From NCBI RefSeq assembly GCF_900289195.1, contig NZ_OMOH01000007.1, positions 77,471 to 109,470 of the forward strand: a stretch of 32,000 nucleotides of DNA. Reading direction: 5' to 3'. The position numbers were made by a program, and so were the translations under genes. Below the pieces are notes generated by a model. The model was not told the origin of the DNA, did no database searches, and saw nothing but the letters and a program-made list of their open reading frames with translations. The stretch comes from Propionibacterium ruminifibrarum. Its GTDB lineage: Bacteria; Actinomycetota; Actinomycetes; Propionibacteriales; Propionibacteriaceae. Positions 19,304 to 27,416 of the stretch are shown here, one piece after another. The stretch's first letter is position 1, and each line of letters begins with the position of its first letter.

Positions 19304-20071
19304 TTGCCAAGCGTGTCTGACTCCGCGAAGACGGCGCGTGCCGACGGCCGCGCCCTGGATCAACTGCGTCCCGTGACCATCACCCGCGGCTGGCTCGACC
19401 ACGCCGAGGGCTCCTGCCTCATCGAGTTCGGCCGGACCCGCGTGCTCGTCGCGGCATCCGTCACCGAGGGCGTCCCGCGGTGGCGCAAGGACTCCGGGCT
19501 CGGCTGGGTGACCAGCGAGTACGAAATGCTCCCGCGGGCCACCAACACCCGCTCCGACCGGGAGTCGCGCCGCGGCAGGATCGGCGGCCGAACCCACGAG
19601 ATCAGCCGCCTCATCGGCCGCAGTCTGCGCGGCATCATCGACTACCGGGCCCTCGGCGAGAACACGATCGTCATCGACTGCGACGTGCTCCAGGCCGACG
19701 GCGGCACCCGCACCGCCTCGATCACCGGCGCCTACGTCGCCCTGCACGACGCCGTCGAGTGGCTGCGGGCCCGAGGCGCGCTGGCCGGTGAGCCGCTGAC
19801 CGGCTCGGTGTCGGCGATCAGCGTGGGCGTCGTCGGCGGTGTCCCGATGAGTGACCTGGCATACGCCGAGGACTCGCGCGCCGACGTCGACATGAACATC
19901 GTGTGCACCGGCTCCGGCGACTTCGTCGAGGTGCAGGGCACCGGCGAGGGCGCCGCCTTCGGCCGGGATGTGCTCGGCCGTCTGCTCGACCTCGGCCAGG
20001 CCGGCTGCGCCCAGCTGGCGGACCTCCAGGCCAGGGCGCTGGCCGATCCCGAGGGGAGGGCCTCCCTGTGA
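19304..20071 (+). CDS. rph: ribonuclease PH
   Basis: 255 aa. Motifs are [54 protein letters not shown] and [22 protein letters not shown] 19304 or GTG 19313 is the start. Confidence 0.9.
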   Translation: MPSVSDSAKTARADGRALDQLRPVTITRGWLDHAEGSCLIEFGRTRVLVAASVTEGVPRWRKDSGLGWVTSEYEMLPRATNTRSDRESRRGRIGGRTHEISRLIGRSLRGIIDYRALGENTIVIDCDVLQADGGTRTASITGAYVALHDAVEWLRARGALAGEPLTGSVSAISVGVVGGVPMSDLAYAEDSRADVDMNIVCTGSGDFVEVQGTGEGAAFGRDVLGRLLDLGQAGCAQLADLQARALADPEGRASL

Positions 20072-20883
20072 CCCAGCGAGTGCTCCTGGCCACCGGCAAC
20101 ACGAAGAAGCTCACCGAGCTGCGCCGCATCATCGCCGACAACGACCTCGACCTCGAGGTCGTTGGGCTGCGCGACATCGACCCGTACCCGGACCCGGTCG
20201 AGTCCGAGTGGACCTTCGAGGGCAACGCCCTGATCAAGGCCCGCGAGGGCATGATTCACTCCGGCCTGCCGTCGCTGGCCGACGACTCCGGCCTGTGCGT
20301 CGATGCGCTGGGCGGCATGCCCGGCGTGCGCAGCTCCCGCTGGAACGGGCCCGAGCAGGAGGACATCGCCAACCTCGAGCTCGTCCTGCGCCAGATCGAG
20401 GACGTGCCGCGCGGACGCCGCCAGGCCCAGTTCGTCGCGGTCATGGCCCTCGTCATGCCCGACGGGCGCGAGTTCACCACCCGCGGCGAGATGACCGGTC
20501 ACCTGACCAACCGCTCCAAGGGATCGCGCGGCTTCGGCTACGACCCGATCTTCGTGCCCGACGAGCAGGTGCCCGACGCCGACGGCCGGCTGCGCACCTC
20601 GGCCGAGATGACCGCCGACGAGAAGGACGCGATCAGCCACCGCGGCCGGGCCGTGCGCGCCATCCTGCCGATCCTCGCCCGCGAGCTCGGGCTGCCCGTG
20701 CCCGAGGGCCTGCGCGTGGAACCCGGCGCACTCCCCGGCGCCGACCGCGAGGGCCCGGAGCCGACACTGCCCGCCAGCGAGTGGACGGCCCAGATCCCCG
20801 TCATCGGCCGCCCCGAGCAGGGCGGCGCGAAACCGGCCCCGCCCGGCGTCCCGTCCAGCGGCGTGACCCCCCTGGAGCCCTGA
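20068..20883 (+). CDS. rdgB: RdgB/HAM1 family non-canonical purine NTP pyrophosphatase with a Pro-rich C-terminal tail
   Basis: GTG 20068 overlaps the rph stop (GTGA). Motifs are [46 protein letters not shown] and SHRGRA. About 60 extra residues follow the conserved end. Confidence 0.85.
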   Translation: MTQRVLLATGNTKKLTELRRIIADNDLDLEVVGLRDIDPYPDPVESEWTFEGNALIKAREGMIHSGLPSLADDSGLCVDALGGMPGVRSSRWNGPEQEDIANLELVLRQIEDVPRGRRQAQFVAVMALVMPDGREFTTRGEMTGHLTNRSKGSRGFGYDPIFVPDEQVPDADGRLRTSAEMTADEKDAISHRGRAVRAILPILARELGLPVPEGLRVEPGALPGADREGPEPTLPASEWTAQIPVIGRPEQGGAKPAPPGVPSSGVTPLEP

Positions 20884-21046
20884 GCTGGGCGGTTCTGCGT
20901 GCCGGCGAGTGGCGCGGCGGAGCTGTCAGTGCCCGCGCATAACCTTGTGGGCAAGGACTGGTCGGCCCGGGCTCGGGGCCCGCGGCGGGCCGGTGACGAG
21001 GGGCGCCGCCTCACCCGTGCGCGACGAGACGACAGAAGGAGACGTC

Positions 21047-21859
21047 ATGCAGCAATACCTCGATCTGCTCAACCGCGTGATGACCGAGGGCGTCGACCGG
21101 CCCGACCGCACCGGCACCGGCACGCGCAGCGTCTTCGGCCACCAGATGCGCTTCCACCTCGACGACGGCTTCCCGCTCGTCACCACGAAGAAGGTCTACA
21201 CGCGGGGCGTCTTCGGCGAGCTGCTGTGGTTCCTGCGCGGCGACACGAACATCGGCTGGCTGCACGAGAACAACGTCCACATCTGGGACGAGTGGGCCGA
21301 CGAGAACGGCGACCTCGGCCCCATCTACGGCCACCAGTGGCGCAGCTGGCCCGACTACGACGGCGGCACCATCGACCAGCTCGCCCAGGTGATCGACCAG
21401 ATCAGGCACAACCCGAGTTCGCGGCGCCTGGTCGTCTCGGCCTGGAACGTCGCCGAGGTGGGCAGCATGGCCCTGCCGCCGTGCCACATGCTCTTCCAGT
21501 TCTACGTGGCCCCAGGCGCCGACGGCGGGCCCGGCACGCTGAGCTGCAGCCTCTACCAGCGGTCGGCCGACCTGTTCCTCGGGGTGCCCTTCAACATCGC
21601 CTCGTACTCCCTGCTCACGCACATGGTGGCGCAGGTCTGCGGCCTGGGCGTCGGCGACTTCGTCCACACCCTGGGGGACGCACACATCTACCACAACCAC
21701 GTCGACCAGGTGCGCGAGCAGCTGTCCCGCGAGCCGCGCTCGCTGCCGACACTGCGGCTCAACCCCGCGGTGCGCAGCATCGACGAGTTCGAACTGAGCG
21801 ACATCGAACTGTCCGGCTACGACCCGCATCCCGCGATCAAGGCCCCGGTGGCGGTGTGA
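21047..21859 (+). CDS. thyA: thymidylate synthase (ThyA type)
   Basis: 270 aa, with GAAGGAGA upstream of ATG 21047. Motifs are [38 protein letters not shown] and GDAHIYHNH. Confidence 0.95.
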   Translation: MQQYLDLLNRVMTEGVDRPDRTGTGTRSVFGHQMRFHLDDGFPLVTTKKVYTRGVFGELLWFLRGDTNIGWLHENNVHIWDEWADENGDLGPIYGHQWRSWPDYDGGTIDQLAQVIDQIRHNPSSRRLVVSAWNVAEVGSMALPPCHMLFQFYVAPGADGGPGTLSCSLYQRSADLFLGVPFNIASYSLLTHMVAQVCGLGVGDFVHTLGDAHIYHNHVDQVREQLSREPRSLPTLRLNPAVRSIDEFELSDIELSGYDPHPAIKAPVAV

Positions 21860-22404
21860 ACGCCACACCCGGCCCGAGGATCATCGCCATCGCGATGGTC
21901 GCGGCCAACGGGGTGATCGGCGACGGCGACACCCAGCCCTTCACATTCCGTGAGGACTGGGCAAGGTTCAAGGCCACCACGCTCGGCCACCCGCTGATCC
22001 TCGGGCACGCCACGCACCGGGCCATGGGCCTGCTCACCGGGCGCACCAGCATCGTCATCAGCCACGACCCGGCCTCGGTGCGGTTCCCCGACGTCCCGCC
22101 CCCCGGCGCGCGCGGCATCGCCGTGGCCGGCCTCGAGGAGGCCCTGCGGGTCGCCGCCGGGCTCGACCAGGACAAGGTCTTCATCTGCGGCGGCGGGCAG
22201 GTCTACCGCGCCGCCATGGACTGGGTCGGTGAACTCGACATCACCTGCGTGCACGCCGACGCCGACGGGCAGGTCACCTTCCCGGCGATCGACCCCGCCA
22301 CCTGGCGCGAGGTCGAGCGCACCGCCGGGGAGCAGTTCGACTTCGTCCGCTACGAGCGCATCGGCGCCCCGCGCCCGATCCCCGACCCGACCACCGGGGG
22401 CTGA
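21856..22404 (+). CDS. folA: dihydrofolate reductase
   Basis: 182 aa. GTG 21856 overlaps the thyA stop (GTGA). The [12 protein letters not shown]-terminus, the GGGQVY motif and the thyA-folA pairing support the call. Confidence 0.8.
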   Translation: MNATPGPRIIAIAMVAANGVIGDGDTQPFTFREDWARFKATTLGHPLILGHATHRAMGLLTGRTSIVISHDPASVRFPDVPPPGARGIAVAGLEEALRVAAGLDQDKVFICGGGQVYRAAMDWVGELDITCVHADADGQVTFPAIDPATWREVERTAGEQFDFVRYERIGAPRPIPDPTTGG

Positions 22405-22406
22405 CC

Positions 22407-23831
22407 GTGCGGGCGACGGCCAGCGTGCTGCACCTCGACCTCGACGCCTTCTTCGCGTCCGTCGAGCAGCGCGACAAGCCCTCGCTGGCCGGCAAGCCGG
22501 TCATCGTCGGGGGCGTCGGCGGCCGCGGCGTCGTCGCGACCGCCAGCTACGAGGCCCGCGTGTTCGGCGTGCACTCGGCCATGAGCACCAGCCAGGCCCG
22601 GCACCTCGCCCCGCACGCCGCCTACCTGGTCGGGCGTTTCAGCGCCTACCGCGAGTCGAGCCGTATCGTCATGGCCCTGCTCGGCGAACTCAGCCCGCTC
22701 GTCGAGCCCGTCAGCATCGACGAGGCCTACGCCGACCTCGCGGTCGGTGGGCAGGCCACCTCGCCGGCCGCGCTCACCGAACTCGTGGAACGCCTGCGCC
22801 GCGAGATCACCGAGCGGACCGAGGGTCTGCACGCATCGGTCGGCGTCGGCTCCAGCAAGTTCATCGCCAAACTCGCCTCCGAGGCCGCCAAGCCCGACGG
22901 CAGCCGCATCGTCGAGCCCGGCCAGGAGCTCGACTTCATCGCACCGCTCAACGTGCGGGCCATCCCCGGCATCGGCCCGGCGACCACCGAGAAACTGGGC
23001 CGTCTCGGCATCCAGACGGTCGCGCAGCTGCGCGAGGCGAGCCGGCACGAGCTCGTCCGTGAACTCGGCCAGGCGGTGGGACAGCACGTGCACGACATCG
23101 CCTTCGCCCGCGACGACCGCCCCGTCGCCCCGCGCGGCGAGGCCAAGTCCATCTCGGTCGAGGACACCTTCGAGGAGGACATCACCCAGCGGAGCGTCAT
23201 CGCGGAGGTCATCGCCAAGGACGCCCGGCTGGTCGCCGCGCGGCTCACCAGGGCCGGCCTGTTCGCCCGCACCATCACCCTCAAGGTCCGCATGGCCGAC
23301 TTCAGCACGGTGAGCAGGTCCCGCACCCTGCTGGGCGCCACCGACCGCCCCGAACGCATCGCGGACGTCGCCCAGGGCCTGGCGGCCGCCCTCAACCCGC
23401 GCGCCGGCGTACGGCTGGTCGGTGTCGGCGTCTCGAATTTCACCCAGGCCGCCCAGGAGGAGTTGTTCGAGACCAATGACGCCGAACCCGCGGCGGGGAC
23501 ACTCGTCAGTCGCGACGAGCCCGCCCCGCCGGTCACCGTGCGCCGCGCCGGCGCCGGCTACCTGCCCGGCATGGATGTCGAGCACGAGCAGTGGGGCCGC
23601 GGCTGGGTGTGGGGCTCGGGGCACGGCGTCGTCACCGTCCGCTTCGAGCAGCGCGGCGGTCCTGTCGGCCCGGTCCGTTCCTTCAAGCTGGACGACCCCC
23701 TGCTGCACCCCGTCGAGCCCCTGCCGCTGCCCTTCGCCGTGCCCGAGGACGACGAGGCGGAGCAGCGCGGGCCCGGCTGGGCCCGTCAGGTGCACGACCT
23801 GGGGTCCACGGCCCCGGGCCCGGCCGTGTGA
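22407..23831 (+). CDS. dinB: DNA polymerase IV (Y-family) with an extended C-terminus
   Basis: 474 aa from GTG 22407. Motifs are LHLDLDAFFASVE, SIDEAYADL and SVGVGSSKFIAKLAS. A QEELF clamp-like motif lies at 23454-23468, and a Tudor-like HEQWGRGWV...VTVRF segment follows at 23568-23720. Confidence 0.9.
   Translation: MRATASVLHLDLDAFFASVEQRDKPSLAGKPVIVGGVGGRGVVATASYEARVFGVHSAMSTSQARHLAPHAAYLVGRFSAYRESSRIVMALLGELSPLVEPVSIDEAYADLAVGGQATSPAALTELVERLRREITERTEGLHASVGVGSSKFIAKLASEAAKPDGSRIVEPGQELDFIAPLNVRAIPGIGPATTEKLGRLGIQTVAQLREASRHELVRELGQAVGQHVHDIAFARDDRPVAPRGEAKSISVEDTFEEDITQRSVIAEVIAKDARLVAARLTRAGLFARTITLKVRMADFSTVSRSRTLLGATDRPERIADVAQGLAAALNPRAGVRLVGVGVSNFTQAAQEELFETNDAEPAAGTLVSRDEPAPPVTVRRAGAGYLPGMDVEHEQWGRGWVWGSGHGVVTVRFEQRGGPVGPVRSFKLDDPLLHPVEPLPLPFAVPEDDEAEQRGPGWARQVHDLGSTAPGPAV
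23621..23677 (+). repeat. direct repeat copy 1 (inside the dinB 3-prime region)
   Basis: 57 nt matching 25033-25089 at 51 of 57 positions by hand alignment, including an exact 17-nt run (ggcggtcctgtcggcccggtccg core). Confidence 0.85.
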
Positions 23832-23849
23832 GGCCCGACCGAACCGGGG

Positions 23850-23955
23850 GTACAACGCGTCCCGGTCGACAACGGCGGCGAACCACTCCAGGTCGCCGGT
23901 CACCGGATCGCGCACCGGAAGCTCATACGCGATGGCCCCTGCCCGGTGGTGCCGC
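23850..23955 (-). pseudogene. relic of a second AbiEii/MenT-type toxin 3-prime end
   Basis: It lies immediately downstream of the toxin stop. The minus-strand reading ..YELPVRDPVTGDLEWFAAVVDRDALYP parallels the toxin segment FRLARQTDPGFDLEWFARSLDTVERIHP. An exact 19-nt match exists (23877-23895 = 24088-24106). There is no start codon, and it overlaps the region just past the dinB stop. Boundaries are approximate. Confidence 0.6.
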
Positions 23956-24615
23956 TCAGTGAAGATGCGCGCGGATGTCGGCAGCCCATTCCTCCATGCG
24001 TGTTTTCACGCCGTCGAGCTCCTCGGGGCTCACCCCGTAGACACGGACCTCCTCCGGGTGGATGCGTTCCACCGTGTCAAGGCTCCTGGCGAACCACTCC
24101 AGGTCGAAGCCGGGATCAGTCTGCCGGGCGAGACGAAACAACTCCTCATCGGTGAATCGTCCCGATCGGCGGATCGCATCGACGTCCACTTGGTCACGCG
24201 CCTCGGCACGCGAGAACAGGGCGGCGACCTTGTTTCCCACGGCGTCCTCGAGGGAGAGGACGGGACCGATCCCCAGACGCACGGGCTCGTGTGCCCGCCA
24301 GTCCACGGCGAGATTGATCCCCGTCAGGAATCCTTGCGCGCCGGTCACCGTGAGCTGGGCGAACGTGCCCTGATGACGGCGGATATCGATGGAATACCCC
24401 TGTGAGCGCAGCGCGGCGATGACCCTGTCGAGGGACTGGTCGAACGTGGCCGCGGCCTGCTGGGTGGTGAACAGGTCGACGTCCTCGGTCGACCGGTCGA
24501 TCAGGCCGTGCTCGCGTATCGCGCCCGAGCCGGCGAGAGCGAAACCGGAGCCATCGCCAGTCGCCGTCAGGGCGATGCGGGCGACGCGTCGCTGCTCGGC
24601 GTGGCCGCCGCTCAC
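23956..24615 (-). CDS. nucleotidyltransferase toxin, AbiEii/AbiGii (DUF1814, MenT-like) family
   Basis: 219 aa. The GTG start overlaps the upstream gene's stop (GTGA at 24612-24615). The NTase-fold signature is LAGSGAIREHGLIDRSTEDVDLF (hG[GS]...DxD), and the size is that of the short MenT-type members. Confidence 0.7.
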   Translation of the reverse strand: MSGGHAEQRRVARIALTATGDGSGFALAGSGAIREHGLIDRSTEDVDLFTTQQAAATFDQSLDRVIAALRSQGYSIDIRRHQGTFAQLTVTGAQGFLTGINLAVDWRAHEPVRLGIGPVLSLEDAVGNKVAALFSRAEARDQVDVDAIRRSGRFTDEELFRLARQTDPGFDLEWFARSLDTVERIHPEEVRVYGVSPEELDGVKTRMEEWAADIRAHLH

Positions 24616-24944
24616 GAGGATTTCACAAGCTCGGGGAACCGGTCCTCCCACAGCTCGCGGAGCCGCGGATCCATGGTGAGGATCGGCCACGTCTCGATGA
24701 GCCGGGTACGGTTCACGAGCCGGCGTTGCTCCTCGGCGGTGCCCTCGGCGAGAAGGGCCTGGTAGGCCATGCGCCGCCACCCCGGCTCACTCACGTTCAC
24801 GGCGAACCGGTCGGGCTGCCAGCGCACGGCGTGGGGCAGGTCGATGGTCCCGTCATGAGGACCGCGCAGTTCGTCGAGCGAGTCGGGGGCCTCGTAGGGC
24901 TTGGTGTCGCGGAGCCGCACCCGACGCCCCGTCGTCTCTGCCAT
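24612..24944 (-). CDS. putative cognate antitoxin (small, family not recognised)
   Basis: 110 aa with GGAAGGAG 6 nt upstream of the ATG. It is translationally coupled to the NTase toxin. I can see no HTH. The role is inferred from position only. Confidence 0.55.
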   Translation of the reverse strand: MAETTGRRVRLRDTKPYEAPDSLDELRGPHDGTIDLPHAVRWQPDRFAVNVSEPGWRRMAYQALLAEGTAEEQRRLVNRTRLIETWPILTMDPRLRELWEDRFPELVKSS

Positions 24945-25007
24945 GGCCCGGTCTCCTTCCCGTTCACAGCGTACTCGTCTGGGGCCTGGCGGCTGTCCTG
25001 AGTCAGC

Positions 25008-25093
25008 GTGTCGGGCCGCGGGCTGATCGGAGGCACGGCGTCGTCACCGTGCGTTTCGTGCGGCATGGCGGTCCTGTCGGCCCGGTCCGATGA
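25008..25093 (+). pseudogene. decayed copy of the dinB C-terminal (Tudor-like) coding segment
   Basis: In the dinB-equivalent frame it reads ..RRHGVVTVRFVRHGGPVGPVR-stop, against dinB GHGVVTVRFEQRGGPVGPVRSF... I find no ATG or GTG start in the ~90 nt upstream that I translated, and the domain is truncated. The core 25033-25089 is repeat copy 2. Similarity is weaker and has indels at 25008-25032. Confidence 0.6.
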
Positions 25094-25249
25094 GCACAGC
25101 TGCGTCGTTGTGTCGGGTATGTCGGCCAACGTGCGGAGCGGTTCCGATCGAACGTTGGCCCGCCGAGAGTCATCGGGGTGTCACCCACAGCGCTAGGCAG
25201 GAGGTGGGGCCGCGGTGATGTCAGGCAGTCGATCGTCACGCCCGATTAT

Positions 25250-25295
25250 TTGCGTATTCCTTTCATATAAGTTACGTTAACTGCATTAAACGTAA
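25250..25295 (+). promoter_or_regulatory. candidate promoter (TTGCGT-17-TACGTT) with an overlapping inverted-repeat operator
   Basis: It lies in an 80-nt stretch (25241-25320) with 31 of 80 G+C. The -35-like TTGCGT is at 25250-25255 and the -10-like TACGTT at 25273-25278. The imperfect inverted repeat TTACGTTAA-ctgca-TTAAACGTAA spans 25272-25295, about 90 nt upstream of the PTS start. Confidence 0.4.
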
Positions 25296-25385
25296 GGCAC
25301 ACGGAACTTATTCGTTGTCGGATCCTTTCCAGGAGCGCCGATGGCGCACCAGCCATCGGCAGTGAGACCAAAGGAAGTGGAGTCA

Positions 25386-27371
25386 ATGACTGATTCCAGG
25401 CATCTCTTGGCCATCACCGCCTGTCCCAGCGGAGTGGCCCACACCTACATGGCCGCGGAGGCCCTGACCGACGCCGCGGCCGCCCGGGGCTTCACGATCG
25501 ATGTGGAGACGCACGGCTCGATCGGTGTGGAGGGGACCTTCACCCAGGACAGCATCGATCGTGCCGATGCGGTGATCATCGCCGCCGACAAGAACATCGA
25601 GCTGGATCGTTTCAGGGGAAAGCCGGTGGTCGTGTCGACGGTGTCCGAGGGCATCAATCGCGCCGACGGGCTCATCGATGACGCCCTGGTCGCGAAGCCG
25701 CTTGAGGGTGAGGCGTCGGCGTCGAAGTCGGCGGAGCACACTGGTGCCGGTGTCATCTACAAGGCGTTGATGAACGGCGTCTCCCACATGATCCCCTTCG
25801 TCGTGACCGGTGGGTTGATGCTCGCACTGGCCTACAGCATCGGCGGCACGCCCACCCAGCAGGGCCTGGTGATCCCTGAAGGGAGCTTCTGGTACCTGAT
25901 CAGCCAGATCGGCACACTGGCCTTCAACCTCATGGTGCCGGTGCTGTCCGGTTTCATTGCCATGGCGATTGCGGACAGGCCCGGGTTGGCGCCGGGGCTC
26001 ATCACTGGTTTCATCGCTACCACGCCGGCCCTTTACCACTCAGAAGCGGGCGCCGGTTTCCTGGGAGGCATCGTCACCGGGTTCATGTCGGGCTGTGTGG
26101 CACTGCTGATCAAGAAGATCAAGGTGCACAAGTGGATCGCACCGATCTGGCCCATCATCGTGATCCCGGTGCTGACCACGACCGTGGTCGGCCTGATCTT
26201 CGTCTATGCCCTCGGCACGCCCATCGCGGCGTTCTTCACCTGGCTCACCACGGCTCTCGCCGGGATGGGAGGCACCCAGGTGGGGCTGCTCGGCCTGCTG
26301 CTCGGAGCCATGATCGGATTCGACATGGGCGGACCGGTGAACAAGGTCGCCTTCCTGTTCGCCGGTGGTCTCATCGCTTCGGGAACTTCCGTGCCCATGG
26401 GCATGGTCGCCGTCGCCATCGCCACGCCACCCATTGGCATGGGAGTGGCCACGCTCGTCCGTCGTCGCCTGTTCACCGATGCTGAACGCGAGAATGGCAT
26501 TGCCGCCATCTTCATGGGTTTCTTCGGCATCACCGAGGGCGCCATCCCCTTTGCCGCAGCGCATCCTCTCCAGGTGATTCCGGCGAATGTCATCGGTTCG
26601 GCCGTGGGCGCCGCGGTGGCTGGCCTGTTCGGTGTGAGCAACGAGGTCATGTGGGGCGGAGGGATCGTCGCCGTGCTCGGAGTGGTGAACAGGCCGCTCC
26701 AGTTCTTCTGCGCACTCGCCGTGGGCGTCGCCGTCAACGCGGTCCTGGCCATCCTGCTGCTCGACCTCGGCAATCTGCGCTCACGCCGAACCGATCGCGC
26801 CATTCCCGATCAGGATCAGGACACGAGGACCGATGCCGTCGACGCCCCGGGCGATGCGGCCGGATCGCCAGTCGAGACCGCCGACAAGGCTGAGCCTGCG
26901 ACCCGGGCGGTCTCCTTCACGGACTACCTGCGGCCCGACTCGGTCATCCTCGACGAGAAGCTGATCGGCCGAGAGCAGGTGATCGCAGCCCTCGCCGCGA
27001 GGGGCACGGCCACCGGACAGCTCAAGGACGCCGATCAGATCGTCGCGACGGCCATGGACCGGGAGGCCATGGGCACCACCGCGGTCGGTGACGCGCTGGC
27101 CATTCCCCACGCCAAGTGCGATGCCGCCATCGAGCCCTTCCTGGGCTTCGCCCGGTTGTCCGCGGGCATCGACTGGGAAGCAGCCGACGGTGGACCCGTC
27201 GACCTCGTCTTCCTCATCGCGGTGCCCGAGGCCGCGGCAGGGAACGAACATCTCAGGATCCTCGCCGCCCTCGCCCGCACGCTCATGCACGAACGGGTGC
27301 GTGAGGAACTGTACGCAGCACGCACCCCCAAGGACGTCATCGACGTCCTCAGCGGACGAGTCCGGGCGTGA
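25386..27371 (+). CDS. PTS fructose-family transporter, fused EIIB-EIIC-EIIA
   Basis: 661 aa from ATG 25386, with AAGGAAG 8 nt upstream. The EIIB(Fru) site is LAITACPSGVAHTYMAAEAL (Cys13). The ~340-aa EIIC has multiple TM segments. The C-terminal EIIA type 2 carries ALAIPHAK (His575). Confidence 0.9.
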   Translation: MTDSRHLLAITACPSGVAHTYMAAEALTDAAAARGFTIDVETHGSIGVEGTFTQDSIDRADAVIIAADKNIELDRFRGKPVVVSTVSEGINRADGLIDDALVAKPLEGEASASKSAEHTGAGVIYKALMNGVSHMIPFVVTGGLMLALAYSIGGTPTQQGLVIPEGSFWYLISQIGTLAFNLMVPVLSGFIAMAIADRPGLAPGLITGFIATTPALYHSEAGAGFLGGIVTGFMSGCVALLIKKIKVHKWIAPIWPIIVIPVLTTTVVGLIFVYALGTPIAAFFTWLTTALAGMGGTQVGLLGLLLGAMIGFDMGGPVNKVAFLFAGGLIASGTSVPMGMVAVAIATPPIGMGVATLVRRRLFTDAERENGIAAIFMGFFGITEGAIPFAAAHPLQVIPANVIGSAVGAAVAGLFGVSNEVMWGGGIVAVLGVVNRPLQFFCALAVGVAVNAVLAILLLDLGNLRSRRTDRAIPDQDQDTRTDAVDAPGDAAGSPVETADKAEPATRAVSFTDYLRPDSVILDEKLIGREQVIAALAARGTATGQLKDADQIVATAMDREAMGTTAVGDALAIPHAKCDAAIEPFLGFARLSAGIDWEAADGGPVDLVFLIAVPEAAAGNEHLRILAALARTLMHERVREELYAARTPKDVIDVLSGRVRA

Positions 27372-27416
27372 ACCCGGCCCACAACACCCATCCCCGTACG
27401 GAAGAAGAACTGACAC

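Noticed and set aside
22350-23849. Bulk of the 521-aa minus ORF 22350..23915, antisense to dinB
   Set aside because: dinB on the plus strand has unambiguous polymerase motifs. The antisense product is low complexity. Only the first ~25 codons of the full ORF are meaningful, and only as a relic of a toxin gene.
25003-25239. Track ORFs 25008..25196(+) 62 aa and 25003..25239(-) 78 aa in the TA/PTS spacer
   Set aside because: No SD sequences or motifs. The region is better explained as the decayed dinB-like fragment plus promoter DNA.
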